Shown here in pieces: positions 9,301-18,092 of a stretch of DNA of 64,000 bases. This stretch comes from a bacterium. Lineage in GTDB: Bacteria; UBA10199; 2-02-FULL-50-16; JAJFLM01. Under the pieces are notes generated by a model. That model saw only the letters and a program-made list of their open reading frames with translations, did not search any database and was not told where the DNA came from. The translations under genes and the position numbers were made by a program. Numbering within the stretch: position 1 is the first letter of the stretch; every line of letters begins with the position of its first letter. The DNA lies in NCBI GenBank assembly GCA_965216315.1, contig CBDCFN010000016.1, positions 1,088,001 through 1,152,000 of the forward strand, read 5' to 3'.

Positions 9301-10804
9301 CTATATTCGTCAGGCGATTGTTACGGCCAAAGCGGCTCATGATGATGATGTGGTTGCGGAAACCTATCTCCACCAGATGTATATGGACCTGCAGTATGGA
9401 GACTATGGGTCGGTTATCAAGTTAGGCAATGATGTCGATGCCTTGCTCAAATCCCCTAAGTTTGCCAAGCGCCGGATTGCCCGAAACGTGAATGTAGGAG
9501 GCGCGCACATCAATCTGGGTAATTACGAGGAGGCGCTGCGCATTTATCAAGTGACGGAGACGCTGTCGCGTGAAAAATTTGCAGGGACCTACCTTCCCAA
9601 TATCGTTCCTAACGTCGGGACCTGTTTGCGTCTCCTGGGTCGATCGGAATTGGCGCTCCAACATCTCGATCGTGCGATTGAACTCTTTAGCCACCAACCC
9701 AACGCCTTTATGGCGGGGGTGACGCAACTCTATCGTGCGCTGACTCTCCTCGACCTTAAGCGCTATGACGAGGCCGACGAGGCGGCGACCCGAGTCTATG
9801 CCGTTTCACAGGCGGGGAATGAGCCCGATCCAAAATTAGAGGCGATGGCGCACATGGCTCATGCCCAGATCCAATTAGCTCAAGATCAACTGCAAGCGGC
9901 CGAACAAAGTAGCGCTGAAGCCTATCGATTGTTGTTGGCATCTGAGTGGCATATTGAGGAGTTTGATTTAGAGATTGCGCTGACACATGCGCGCATCCTG
10001 TGGAAGCAGGGTAAGAGCGAGGAGGCGTGGCAGGTCCTTCATGGAACCGAGCAGGTCAAGGGGGCCAGGCAGGAGCTTGTGCTACGGGCAGAGAAACTCG
10101 ACTTGGCGTTGCAGGCGAATTTCTATCATCGGAATCGGGTCAATGCGGCGATCGTTCAGATGTGGGAAGCTATTCAGTTAGAGAGGTTGCGAAGTAATAG
10201 TAACGCTAGCCTGGGGGCTATCGTGCAGGAAGCGCTTACGCGAGTTCAGCCGGGCATGTTGACGCCTGATATTGAGGCTTATGCGCAGCAGGAGCCAGGG
10301 AAGCTGTCGGCGCTGAGAGAAGTCGGTAATCATCAGCTGGTTGGGGTTCTACTTAACTCACCATATATAGTCACGCTGGGAACAGTACTATCAAGGAAAT
10401 TAGAAGAGATGGGGGCTGCAGAAACGATGGAAGCCGGACTTTCATTGACCCGTGCCGTGTGGCGCCCTTCGTTTAATGAAGATGGCAGGCCCATTGTTTA
10501 TTGGGATTTTGATCTTGATTCCGACAATGTGCAGATCTTAAGTGCTTTAAACACCATTGGAAATGTTAGGCGTCACATTCATGCGACGTATGAAGGAGAT
10601 GTGAGCTACAGTGATGGAGTCATTAAAGTTACCTTCAACTTAACGCAAGAAACGGAGACCTTCACGACGGACCAATTTGGAGCTATCGAGTTACTCATTG
10701 GCGCGACCACCGATGGGCGCTCCGTTTTGGCGCTGCGCGCTGAAAAGGGTGCCTTTACAGCGCGACCGGATATCTTACTCCAGGACTTAGCCGAAGGTCT
10801 CTAA
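6335..10804 (+). CDS. Class III adenylate/guanylate cyclase - AAA/STAND-like ATPase - TPR protein with zinc ribbon
   Basis: CLHC..CGDC zinc ribbon; cyclase motifs TILFTDFQGFT, VKNIGDAIM, RIGVHTG, AVNLASRLE; Walker A GEAGQGKS and Walker B LSLEDVHW; TPR-like helices. Extra unassigned N- and C-terminal regions. Confidence 0.9.
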   Translation: MLGLNAQYSLTQAGVMAAVSTAGLRHIYGIAGTLENNLRLNIPMESIAETLAPQVAQLEWDQKGKQPQLIHQNRMLERIVAGTVYPDADGRKTDAHVVLGSIYHAIERINPQLYQELSGFAGKLTLPPPSMSSRRRTTGHYSSAAPPAATVVPKHREGQIECLHCQSWNPVSKSFCGDCGEDISDDSQYVPRAQNMRGTILFTDFQGFTDMSQSMPAEVLFGWLNRQFNLLGAEIMRQGGWFVKNIGDAIMVVFNQHEDHARRGVSTAVRMLQILEQVNPQLKGMGLPALQMRIGVHTGNIAVGYLGGPGSKRADAIGRAVNLASRLESFKLEKGARTINVPDGNRVLVSGATLSELAGGFEHSFIDKVAFKGVEQPVEVYHIQGELPGASVADRYAGSQSQFRGRRREMDQLQATFVQAMQGQPQLALISGEAGQGKSRLALEFLNSMKGPRERHIKVIAARGVDRDYHPPYALMSDALTHLAGIEADDELEEIEVKIRSLVWLSKGLGAEEQEQMAQLLGRLMGIPFRTEFSPQERLKRETIEMRQRVFDNIESMASDQNVLRMAIHRAVIQFFQEHSRYFSLILSLEDVHWSDQESLELLHEVFASLEDRPVMVVGTMRPEFDTGPGFQLEDIFAGDYKAEPIQLRELSMTDMRSIVQDILGESSQTDPEVVNYVIWQAAGNVFLLHEMAQAVKDGWLQRGETPEEWRLVGAHDERRTVGADNFLQTRLERLSPAERSVVDYAAVISDAFDLQLIQELGIPNAGVHLGQLVQKQILHQDRQGKYRFRHDMMRAKAYAMMSHETRRDLHRDMAELLVEHEVEDKALIAYHLDKGEQTVAAARYYLDGAEQAQERALYRQALRYYDRVFALGREEDNQLALRGLLGGNEVALDMRDTESAYARIELAADLLQSGIEREVRSQYFYRLAHTLQVDRNDEIKANLFAAEQAVKNALKRYDDVEVSPMKAQLLATLGRIYAERRDFQVGQTYIRQAIVTAKAAHDDDVVAETYLHQMYMDLQYGDYGSVIKLGNDVDALLKSPKFAKRRIARNVNVGGAHINLGNYEEALRIYQVTETLSREKFAGTYLPNIVPNVGTCLRLLGRSELALQHLDRAIELFSHQPNAFMAGVTQLYRALTLLDLKRYDEADEAATRVYAVSQAGNEPDPKLEAMAHMAHAQIQLAQDQLQAAEQSSAEAYRLLLASEWHIEEFDLEIALTHARILWKQGKSEEAWQVLHGTEQVKGARQELVLRAEKLDLALQANFYHRNRVNAAIVQMWEAIQLERLRSNSNASLGAIVQEALTRVQPGMLTPDIEAYAQQEPGKLSALREVGNHQLVGVLLNSPYIVTLGTVLSRKLEEMGAAETMEAGLSLTRAVWRPSFNEDGRPIVYWDFDLDSDNVQILSALNTIGNVRRHIHATYEGDVSYSDGVIKVTFNLTQETETFTTDQFGAIELLIGATTDGRSVLALRAEKGAFTARPDILLQDLAEGL

Positions 10805-12180
10805 TTTACCGTAAAGATCAGTGAAGCTGTTCCTCCCGTGATAGTACTCATCGTTATTAAGTATTGCTGTCCCACACTTAAGGCAGGGGATGGGTTGGAA
10901 GCCGCGCCAAACGGGACGGCATCGGCAATGTTGTAGTTCCCATAAGTCACGGGTGATTGCAGTGGAATCAGATTGTCATTTTCATCCTGGCCACTCACGA
11001 TGCCATAAATCGTGCTCCCAGTACCGGCAGTTGATACCAGGAGGGTTGCCGCTTGCCCGAAAGGCCAGCTGATCGTCGGAAAGCTGCCGCTACCGGACAA
11101 CTGGATGTCGGCATCCGCGCCGTTTGATCCAATCGTGCCATCGATATTGCTGAAGCCGTCGATACTGAAGGAACCGGATCCGGTATTGTCATCATCTTCG
11201 GTTGCATCGTCCAACTCGTCTAGGGAATGCATGACGACGGATTGAAAATTAGACCCTTCCGAGATAGTTACATTTTCCATGACGCCGCGGATGTAGCCGT
11301 CTTGAAAGACGACAAAGTCCCAAAGTCCGACAGGGACGTTACTAAAATTATTGTCTCCGGCGGCTCCCATGTAGATCGGGCTTAAGTTGGTGCTCTGACT
11401 CTTGACTAGGTTCGAAGTATTATCCTTCTTGGCACCGACCAGGTGACTATTTTTCTTAATGTCGATTAAATTGCCGACAGCATCCTTCATCTCGACCAGG
11501 ATGCGCCCGGTTTTGCTTAGGGCAGACTTAATAAAGCCGGTGCCTTCATTATTCTCGGCTATGAAGATGCTCAAATCCAGCCTATGCTCGTCGAATTCCT
11601 TTTTCATGGTTCCGGAGTTTTCATTCCAGGCTTCAGCCGGGCTCTTCCCGGAATCAATTGATTTTTGAATGCCGTCTTCAATCCTTTTGACGCGCGCTTT
11701 GGTGTTAAGTCCAAAATTAAGCAGTGGCAGTGCCATTGCGGTCAGGATAGCGGCGGCCCCGAGGATCTGAAGCACAATTCCGGCCTGCAAATCCGGGGAG
11801 TCTTCGTCGAGTGTGAAGGCGACCGTGCCGCCATTGGTCGTGATAAAGTTGACCAGGGCGGTTTCATCGGCCTGAAGTTGTTGTAGGTCAGCGAGGGCCT
11901 CATCGAGCTGGGGAACAGCCTTATCCTTAAAGTAATTGAGTACCTTGTTGCCGGAATTTTCATCGAAGACGGTGATATCGCCAAATTCATCATTGATTTT
12001 GTCAAAGTCGCTGATGAGTTCACTGATCGTATTTGTTAATTGTTCCGAGGAGTCGTTTTGGCTGGATGCCGTTGATTGACCTGTGTTGCCACCACCGCCG
12101 CCGCAGCCAATGAAACTCATGCTCACGACGAGAGACGGGACTAGAATATTCCGGATTAGAAAGGACTTGATGGACATCAC
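10801..12180 (-). CDS. Hypothetical lipoprotein
   Basis: Signal peptide with lipobox-like FIG-C then poly-Gly/Ser linker; AGGGGG upstream; internal hydrophobic stretch; beta-rich C-terminus. Confidence 0.75.
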   Translation of the reverse strand: MMSIKSFLIRNILVPSLVVSMSFIGCGGGGGNTGQSTASSQNDSSEQLTNTISELISDFDKINDEFGDITVFDENSGNKVLNYFKDKAVPQLDEALADLQQLQADETALVNFITTNGGTVAFTLDEDSPDLQAGIVLQILGAAAILTAMALPLLNFGLNTKARVKRIEDGIQKSIDSGKSPAEAWNENSGTMKKEFDEHRLDLSIFIAENNEGTGFIKSALSKTGRILVEMKDAVGNLIDIKKNSHLVGAKKDNTSNLVKSQSTNLSPIYMGAAGDNNFSNVPVGLWDFVVFQDGYIRGVMENVTISEGSNFQSVVMHSLDELDDATEDDDNTGSGSFSIDGFSNIDGTIGSNGADADIQLSGSGSFPTISWPFGQAATLLVSTAGTGSTIYGIVSGQDENDNLIPLQSPVTYGNYNIADAVPFGAASNPSPALSVGQQYLITMSTITGGTASLIFTVN

Positions 12181-12238
12181 GAAACCCCCTTTTCTTTGCT
12201 TTCTAGCCCTAAATAGCTTAAATTTCCATCACTTATTC

Positions 12239-12730
12239 ATGATTATCGAAAATTCTTCAGCGAAGCGGAATAGATCCTTCATTTTTAGTATCCTGGCCTT
12301 GGCGGTTGTCGGGGGGGTTGCCGCCCTCTGGCTTCGCAATCCCCAATTATTTCCAGCTAAATCGGCGGTTGCGCCGAGTGGTGATCAGCTTGAGTTAGAT
12401 GAGCGTTGTGCGATGTATCGGGTTTCCATTGAAAAAAAGATCGGAGAGCAGCGCTTTTATGCCAAGCGCGCCAGGACGAGTGCCAATTATACTTTGAAAC
12501 GAATTTTTTATAGCCCGCGCACGCAATCGTGTCTCTATGTGGCGATGACAACCGTTTTTAAGTCGGCGGAGATTGAAGCGATTATTCTTAATCTTGCCAA
12601 TGCTTCCGATCATGAGACGATTCATAGTGCTTGGCTCTATTGGGGCACGGACGAATTTGCGGCCGAGAAAGGTCGCTTCGAGCATGTCGTTGCTCAGTAT
12701 CAACGGGTTGAAGTGACGGAGGCGCCGTAA
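12239..12730 (+). CDS. Hypothetical protein with N-terminal membrane anchor
   Basis: From ATG 12239: MIIENSSAKRNRS then hydrophobic FIFSILALAVVGGVAALWL. The longer ORF-track start overlaps the divergent gene. Confidence 0.6.
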   Translation: MIIENSSAKRNRSFIFSILALAVVGGVAALWLRNPQLFPAKSAVAPSGDQLELDERCAMYRVSIEKKIGEQRFYAKRARTSANYTLKRIFYSPRTQSCLYVAMTTVFKSAEIEAIILNLANASDHETIHSAWLYWGTDEFAAEKGRFEHVVAQYQRVEVTEAP

Positions 12731-12745
12731 GCGTGCTTTATGCGA

Positions 12746-12775
12746 TTGACATGTCTCCAGACCAAGCCTTAGAAT
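12746..12775 (+). promoter_or_regulatory. sigma70-like promoter
   Basis: TTGACA-N18-TAGAAT upstream of the NfeD-SPFH operon; GGAGG RBS follows. Confidence 0.55.
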
Positions 12776-12799
12776 TACGTTCCTGTTGGGAGGACTGAG

Positions 12800-13261
12800 A
12801 TGGATTCTTTAAATTTTTGGACGCAGCCGCCTTTGCTTTGGTTCCTCATCGGTTTGGTTTTGATGCTTATCGAATTCGTGAGTGCCGGGGTTGTCATCCT
12901 TTTTTTTGGGGTGGGCGCATGGATTGTCGCGTTAATCACGTTGCTTGTTCCGGTCTCTTTAACCGGACAGCTGATTATTTTTCTCCTTACCTCCGTCTTA
13001 ATGCTGGTTACCTTGCGTAAATGGTTGAAAGGGATGCTAAGCGGTAAATTATCGTGGTTTAGAGGGAGGGAGGGCGAAATAGAAGAGTTTGTTGGTAAAC
13101 GCGCCACGGTTGAAGCGGCCATTTCGCCTCATGTCCGTGGTAAAGTGTCTTTTCATGGGAGCCTATGGGACGCCCAATCAGATGTCGACATTAAGGCAGG
13201 GTCCACTGTCGAAATTGTCGCCAGCGATAGCATTACCTTAATAGTAAAGCCAATATCATAA
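12800..13261 (+). CDS. NfeD family membrane protein (YbbJ-like)
   Basis: Three hydrophobic helices, then OB-fold motif GKVSFHGSLWDA; adjacent to SPFH gene. Confidence 0.9.
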   Translation: MDSLNFWTQPPLLWFLIGLVLMLIEFVSAGVVILFFGVGAWIVALITLLVPVSLTGQLIIFLLTSVLMLVTLRKWLKGMLSGKLSWFRGREGEIEEFVGKRATVEAAISPHVRGKVSFHGSLWDAQSDVDIKAGSTVEIVASDSITLIVKPIS

Positions 13262-13272
13262 GAGAGGATTTA

Positions 13273-14232
13273 ATGATGATCTTAAATATCATGCTCATTG
13301 GGCTGGTCATATTTGCCTTAGTCACTTTTTATAAAACGATCCGGGTGGTTCCGCAGAAAACCGCATTCATTATCGAGCGGTTGGGAAAGTACAGTAATAC
13401 ACTGACGGCAGGGCTTCATATACTGGTCCCTTTTATTGATAAGGTATCCTATAAGCATACGCTAAAAGAGCAGGCCCTCGATGTGCCCTCACAGATTTGT
13501 ATCACTAGGGATAATATTGCCGTAGAGGTCGATGGAATTATTTATCTGCAGGTTATTGATGCGGCAAAAGCATCTTATGGAATAACGAATTACCAGTTTG
13601 CTTCAACTCAGCTCGCGCAAACAACGATGCGTAGTATTATTGGTAAGCTAGACCTCGATAAAACCTTTGAAGAACGCGAAACGATTAACGGAGCTATTGT
13701 TGAGGCAGTCGATAAGGCGTCTGAGCCTTGGGGTGTCAAGGTCACTCGTTATGAGGTTAAAAATATTATTCCTCCGCAGAGCATCAAAGATGCAATGGAA
13801 AAACAGATGCGTGCTGAGCGTGAGAAGCGGGCCGTCATCGCCGAATCAGAAGGTGATAAGCAGGCCAAGATCAATCGGGCCCAAGGTGAAAAACAGGAGA
13901 CGATCTCTGTTTCCGAAGGTGAGATGCAGCGCCGCATCAATGAAGCGGAAGGGCGTGCCCAGGAGATTGAGCGCGTGGCGAATGCGACCGCCAAGGGAAT
14001 TAGAGAAGTTGCTCTGGCCATCAATGATGAGGGTGGGCTTGATGCCGTTAATATGCGGATCGCGGAGCAATATCTCGATGAATTCGGGAACTTGGCGCGC
14101 ACGAATAATACGCTCATTATTCCTTCCAATGTTTCTGATATTGCCGGAATGGTCGCTTCGGCGATGACGGTGATCAAGGGCGAGAGTAATGGGAAGGGTA
14201 AGGTCCGCGGCAAGGTGAAAGTCGCTGAGTAA
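13273..14232 (+). CDS. SPFH/stomatin family protein (QmcA/paraslipin-like)
   Basis: IERLGKY, ITRDN, LAQTTMRS, WGVKVTRYE, QMRAEREKRA. Confidence 0.95.
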   Translation: MMILNIMLIGLVIFALVTFYKTIRVVPQKTAFIIERLGKYSNTLTAGLHILVPFIDKVSYKHTLKEQALDVPSQICITRDNIAVEVDGIIYLQVIDAAKASYGITNYQFASTQLAQTTMRSIIGKLDLDKTFEERETINGAIVEAVDKASEPWGVKVTRYEVKNIIPPQSIKDAMEKQMRAEREKRAVIAESEGDKQAKINRAQGEKQETISVSEGEMQRRINEAEGRAQEIERVANATAKGIREVALAINDEGGLDAVNMRIAEQYLDEFGNLARTNNTLIIPSNVSDIAGMVASAMTVIKGESNGKGKVRGKVKVAE

Positions 14233-14233
14233 A

Positions 14234-14758
14234 ATGAAAACGACCATCTTTACAGTATTGTTATTAGTTCTATCATCGGGGGCGCAGGCCCGGACGGTTT
14301 CGCCGGAGAAAAGTCCGTCAAAAAAGCCGCCTTTGGAGGTGTTTATTCCATCCGGTTGGCAGATGGAGGCGCCGTGGTCAATAGAGTATTCCTATTCCGC
14401 GAAAGCAGCCCTGCTGGCCCCCGGGGCGGATCCGAATGTCCAGTGTCGCGTCAAGTTCCGGGAGGAAACGACTCCGGAATTTCGGCAAAGTAACTACCAA
14501 GCAAGGATTCTGAACGAAGTGCGAACTTCTCGTAGTAACTTCAATGTCTTAAATCAGTCAGCGTTTCCCATTGAAGGTCGCGAAGCAACGCGCGTGACAG
14601 CATCCTGGAATGAGGGTGGCCGACTTGTAAAAGGGGTTTTTTATTTCCTCTCCAAGGCGCAACGCAAAGTTGTCATGGAATGTGTCGGTCCCTCTAAGGA
14701 TCATGAGCGGCTCGTATCCGGTTTCGATCAAATCGCGCAACGGCTCAAAATTCATTAG
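14234..14758 (+). CDS. Hypothetical exported protein (possibly PsbP/DcrB-like fold)
   Basis: Sec signal ending AQA; IPSGW, IEGREA and FDQIAQRLKI pattern. Confidence 0.6.
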   Translation: MKTTIFTVLLLVLSSGAQARTVSPEKSPSKKPPLEVFIPSGWQMEAPWSIEYSYSAKAALLAPGADPNVQCRVKFREETTPEFRQSNYQARILNEVRTSRSNFNVLNQSAFPIEGREATRVTASWNEGGRLVKGVFYFLSKAQRKVVMECVGPSKDHERLVSGFDQIAQRLKIH

Positions 14759-14792
14759 CCAAAAGTCACCACGACATTATAAAGAGTCCTTA

Positions 14793-15125
14793 ATGGACAA
14801 GACGCAGGCTCCTAAAAACATCGCTGTCGCCAAGGGCCCGCCGGGACTCATGATTGAATGGGAAGATGGATTGAAAAGGAAGATTCCTTTTATCACGCTT
14901 CGCAAAGAGTGTCCCTGCGCCGAATGTCGGGGGGAAAGAACGCCATTGGATCTGGCTCCGGATGAGTTGCCGACGGCACGACCCCTGAGCGATAAAGCGG
15001 CAATTTGCCAGAATATGTATAAAATCGGGGGATATGCTGTCGGTTTTGTCTGGGGGGACGGTCATGACAGCGGCATCTACAGCTGGGAGTATTTAAGAGC
15101 GCTTGCGGAGGGTATTGATGACTGA
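14793..15125 (+). CDS. DUF971 / GBBH-like N-terminal domain protein
   Basis: LRKECPCAEC, GGYAV, WGDGHDSGIYSWEYL; start at ATG 14793. Confidence 0.9.
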   Translation: MDKTQAPKNIAVAKGPPGLMIEWEDGLKRKIPFITLRKECPCAECRGERTPLDLAPDELPTARPLSDKAAICQNMYKIGGYAVGFVWGDGHDSGIYSWEYLRALAEGIDD

Positions 15126-15561
15126 GCAGCCCGCCCGCGGCACTGTCCAGACCGTTTGTGAAGTTCGCTTCTCTGATACGGATGCCATGGGGCACGTCAA
15201 TAATGCCCGGTTTTTTAGCTACATGGAGCAGGCGCGGGTGGCCTATATCGCCCGCCTCATGCTGGATGTAGATTATAAAGAGGGTGTTCGCTCTTTCCCT
15301 TTTATTCTAGCCGATATCCAGTGTGCCTTTAAATCTCCTTTGTATGTAGGTGAAGTTGTGACGGTTTTTATTTCCGTTGCCTCAATTGGGACCAAGAGCT
15401 TTGTCTTCGAGTATTCCCTGATGGAGCAGGGATCCGGTCGGTTGGTAGCGACGGGTCGGAGTGTCCAGGTTCTCTATGATTACAAGCAGGAAGCGAGTTA
15501 CCCCATGCCGGACGAGATGAGGCGCAGTATTGAGGCCTTGGAGGGGCGCTCCTTCGCGTAA
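15118..15561 (+). CDS. Acyl-CoA thioesterase (4HBT/YbgC hotdog fold)
   Basis: VRFSDTDAMGHVNNARFFSYMEQAR. Confidence 0.92.
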   Translation: MTEQPARGTVQTVCEVRFSDTDAMGHVNNARFFSYMEQARVAYIARLMLDVDYKEGVRSFPFILADIQCAFKSPLYVGEVVTVFISVASIGTKSFVFEYSLMEQGSGRLVATGRSVQVLYDYKQEASYPMPDEMRRSIEALEGRSFA

Positions 15562-15567
15562 TTCTAC

Positions 15568-15594
15568 GCAACTTCTATTATGAGGGCCCGATGA
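15568..15594 (+). promoter_or_regulatory. Recurrent sigma28-like element, copy 4 (GCAAC-N15-CCGATGA)
   Basis: GCAAC ttctattatgagggc CCGATGA, 6 nt before ATG 15601. Confidence 0.72.
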
Positions 15595-15600
15595 GCGTAT

Positions 15601-17229
15601 ATGGGGTTCGGGTTTGCACTTACATCGACGCATACTCCGACGGCGGCACTAGCTGCCGCGGGTGTAACTTTCAACCGAGCGACTTTCTTTGATGATGTGC
15701 TCCAAACTCAAGGGCTACGCCAAGTCTACCCCATTCGCGACCCTGCAGTTATTACGGAAGCCTTTGCTGCCTATCAAGGGAGTGACGCAGATCTCTTCAG
15801 TTTAGCGGGGACCGAACAAAGTCTCGATGTTGACAGCGGCACTGTTCCACTAACCTATTTGGATAGCACGGCTTCGACCAAGATGATTCCCCACGTGGAG
15901 GCGGCCGAAGCCAATGCCAATCGACATTACGCCAACAGCCATTCGGTTGCTCACAATCCTGCCATGATCTCTACTATCGATTTTAAGAATGCTCATCGCC
16001 GCGCACTTGATTTTGTGGGGGCTAATCCAACCACGCATGTTGCAGTTTTTGATGGCTCTGGTGCAACAGGTCCACTCAATCGAGTGGCAAGAAACCTTTT
16101 TGTCCATGGACGTGATGAAAAAAGGAACACAGTTCTCTTTACGGGCAAAGAGCATCATGCCAACCAGTTACCTTGGCAACGTTATGCCGGTAAGCTGCAT
16201 TGTCATGGTATTCCCGTAGATGGCGTTACAGGTTGTGTTGATATACCTGCCTATCGTCAGTTGCTTCAAGATCATAGTGAACGACTTCGTTTGGTCGCGG
16301 TCAATGGAGTGTCTAATGTGACCGGTGTGGTAGAGCCGGAATTGGAGCTGATGGCTCATTTGGCCCATGAGGTGGGTGCTCTGTTGTTGGTAGATTATGC
16401 TCAGGGCTTGGCTCATAGGGCGATCAGTATGCAAGAGCTGGGTATCGATTTTCTGGTTGCCTCAGGACATAAGACCTATGCACCCGGATCACCCGGCCTT
16501 CTAGTAATGCCACGAGACAGCACACCTCAGTATCCCGACAACGTGGGCGGTGGCATTGTTGAGTCCGTCGATATTGATGATTTTCAACTAAGCAGTAAAT
16601 TGCCCGATCGGGAAGAAGCAGGAACGCCAGATATTATCGGTGGAATTAAGTTTGCGGCGGCATTGGAGGCGCTAGCTTGGGTCGGTATGGATCGAGTTTG
16701 GCAGCACGAGTTGGAATTGACAGAGCAATTGGTGTCAGGATTGATGGCAATATCAGGCGTTGAGGTTTATGGTGATACAGATTTGGCCAGAACACCGCGT
16801 GCCGGTGTAGTAACATTCAATATTGATGGTCTCCATCATGCGATTCTGAGTCAGGCCTTATCGGATTATTTTAATATTGCAACCCGGAATGAGTGCTTTT
16901 GTGCTCAGCCGTATGTGAAATCGCTCTTTCATATGACGCCGGATCAATTGCGACGATTTAAGCACCAGCTTGCAGAGGGTGATCGGAGTAAGGCTCCCGG
17001 GATGGTAAGAGCCAGCTTGGGTATTTACAATACAACCAATGACATCCATCGATTGTTGGTAGCCGTGGCATGGATTAGCGCGAATAAGGATCGTTTGGTT
17101 CAGGAATACTATGTCGATACTAATGGCAATGCCTATCGTCATGACAAATGGCGGGTTGATGCCAATAGGTACAGTTCATTACCCTCTAGCAATGGTGACT
17201 CCCTTTATTTCCCATCGGTCGACAGCTGA
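15601..17229 (+). CDS. Class V aminotransferase / cysteine desulfurase-like (SufS-type) with ~85 aa N-terminal extension
   Basis: YLDSTAS, EHHANQLPW, SNVTG, VDYAQ, SGHK (PLP Lys), EAGTP, RNECFCA, RASLGIYN. Confidence 0.9.
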   Translation: MGFGFALTSTHTPTAALAAAGVTFNRATFFDDVLQTQGLRQVYPIRDPAVITEAFAAYQGSDADLFSLAGTEQSLDVDSGTVPLTYLDSTASTKMIPHVEAAEANANRHYANSHSVAHNPAMISTIDFKNAHRRALDFVGANPTTHVAVFDGSGATGPLNRVARNLFVHGRDEKRNTVLFTGKEHHANQLPWQRYAGKLHCHGIPVDGVTGCVDIPAYRQLLQDHSERLRLVAVNGVSNVTGVVEPELELMAHLAHEVGALLLVDYAQGLAHRAISMQELGIDFLVASGHKTYAPGSPGLLVMPRDSTPQYPDNVGGGIVESVDIDDFQLSSKLPDREEAGTPDIIGGIKFAAALEALAWVGMDRVWQHELELTEQLVSGLMAISGVEVYGDTDLARTPRAGVVTFNIDGLHHAILSQALSDYFNIATRNECFCAQPYVKSLFHMTPDQLRRFKHQLAEGDRSKAPGMVRASLGIYNTTNDIHRLLVAVAWISANKDRLVQEYYVDTNGNAYRHDKWRVDANRYSSLPSSNGDSLYFPSVDS

Positions 17230-17248
17230 ATCTGCATAGACCCCAGAC

Positions 17249-17275
17249 GCAACTTTTAGACCTAGCGGCCGAAAA
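17249..17275 (+). promoter_or_regulatory. Recurrent sigma28-like element, copy 5 (GCAAC-N15-CCGAAAA)
   Basis: GCAACTTT-N11-GCCGAAAA, same geometry as canonical TAAAGTTT-N11-GCCGATAA; 10 nt before ATG. Confidence 0.75.
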
Positions 17276-17285
17276 GGGCCTTCTC

Positions 17286-18092
17286 ATGTTGGCCCTATCC
17301 ACTAACGTACTTGCACTGGCTCCAGCGCTTCTCGCCACTACCAATAGTAATGTGCCTCATATCGTCCGTCCTTCGCGCGCTGTCGGCGTCTCGATGTATC
17401 GGAGTCTTGAACGCTTTGCCAATCGACATGAGGGGACGGTCAGAGGGCAGGACGTGTTGAGGCAACTACGTCGTCTACCGAGTCGCTCTGAGTTGGGACT
17501 CGATCATGTGCGACAGTTGCAGGACTTACTCGACTTTCCGTGGTTCTTTGACGCGATTTTACCTAATCCGCTGCTTCTTGATGGCCTGATGCGGGCACTG
17601 GGGCTTAAGGATGATCGTTTTGAGCCGATGGCTGAATTGCTGCTTGCCGGCGGGATCAGGTCCCTGGCGAATCGTGTGAGGGCGCGCAATTTTCGGATAA
17701 AAGACGTTCCTCCCAGTTTTGTGACCTTTCATCCACGGACGGCGGCTCGTAACTGGTTGTGGTGGCAGCCTGAATATGACGTGCTTCTGCTCTGTCATCG
17801 ACCGGGAAGTGTTCAACCGATTCATACTCACGGCGGGGCGGTCGGGGTCGATTACGTGCTTTCGGGGACCATGAGGGAAGAACGCTTCTTGCCTTATCAA
17901 GAAGATACACTTCTGTTTGTGGGATCTCGGATCTACCAGCAGGGCGAGGCATTGGTCGTCAATGATGAAGGCATTCATCGTATCTCCAATGCGTCGGACA
18001 CGGAGAGTCTTTTGACGCTACATTTCTATACGCCGCCGATTCCTGTTTCCAAGGTGGAGACCTGGTATGAAAGTGATGTGGTCAATGCTTGA
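17286..18092 (+). CDS. Cysteine/thiol dioxygenase-like cupin with ~130 aa N-terminal extension
   Basis: RN, PIHTH, GIHRISN and LTLHFYTPP (three-His site and H-x-Y motif). Confidence 0.85.
   Translation: MLALSTNVLALAPALLATTNSNVPHIVRPSRAVGVSMYRSLERFANRHEGTVRGQDVLRQLRRLPSRSELGLDHVRQLQDLLDFPWFFDAILPNPLLLDGLMRALGLKDDRFEPMAELLLAGGIRSLANRVRARNFRIKDVPPSFVTFHPRTAARNWLWWQPEYDVLLLCHRPGSVQPIHTHGGAVGVDYVLSGTMREERFLPYQEDTLLFVGSRIYQQGEALVVNDEGIHRISNASDTESLLTLHFYTPPIPVSKVETWYESDVVNA

Noticed and set aside
6335..10804. Avs/CBASS/Pycsar-type antiphage system
   Set aside because: The zinc ribbon-cyclase-ATPase-TPR architecture is a widespread signalling type and no defence effector gene is recognisable; not supported from sequence alone.
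12243..12275. TCGATAA on the minus strand upstream of the 459 aa lipoprotein
   Set aside because: No RCAAC at 15 or 17 nt, so not counted as a motif copy.
15601..15860. Encapsulin cargo-loading extension on the desulfurase
   Set aside because: No encapsulin shell gene nearby, and the leader is shared with unrelated proteins; cannot be fully excluded.
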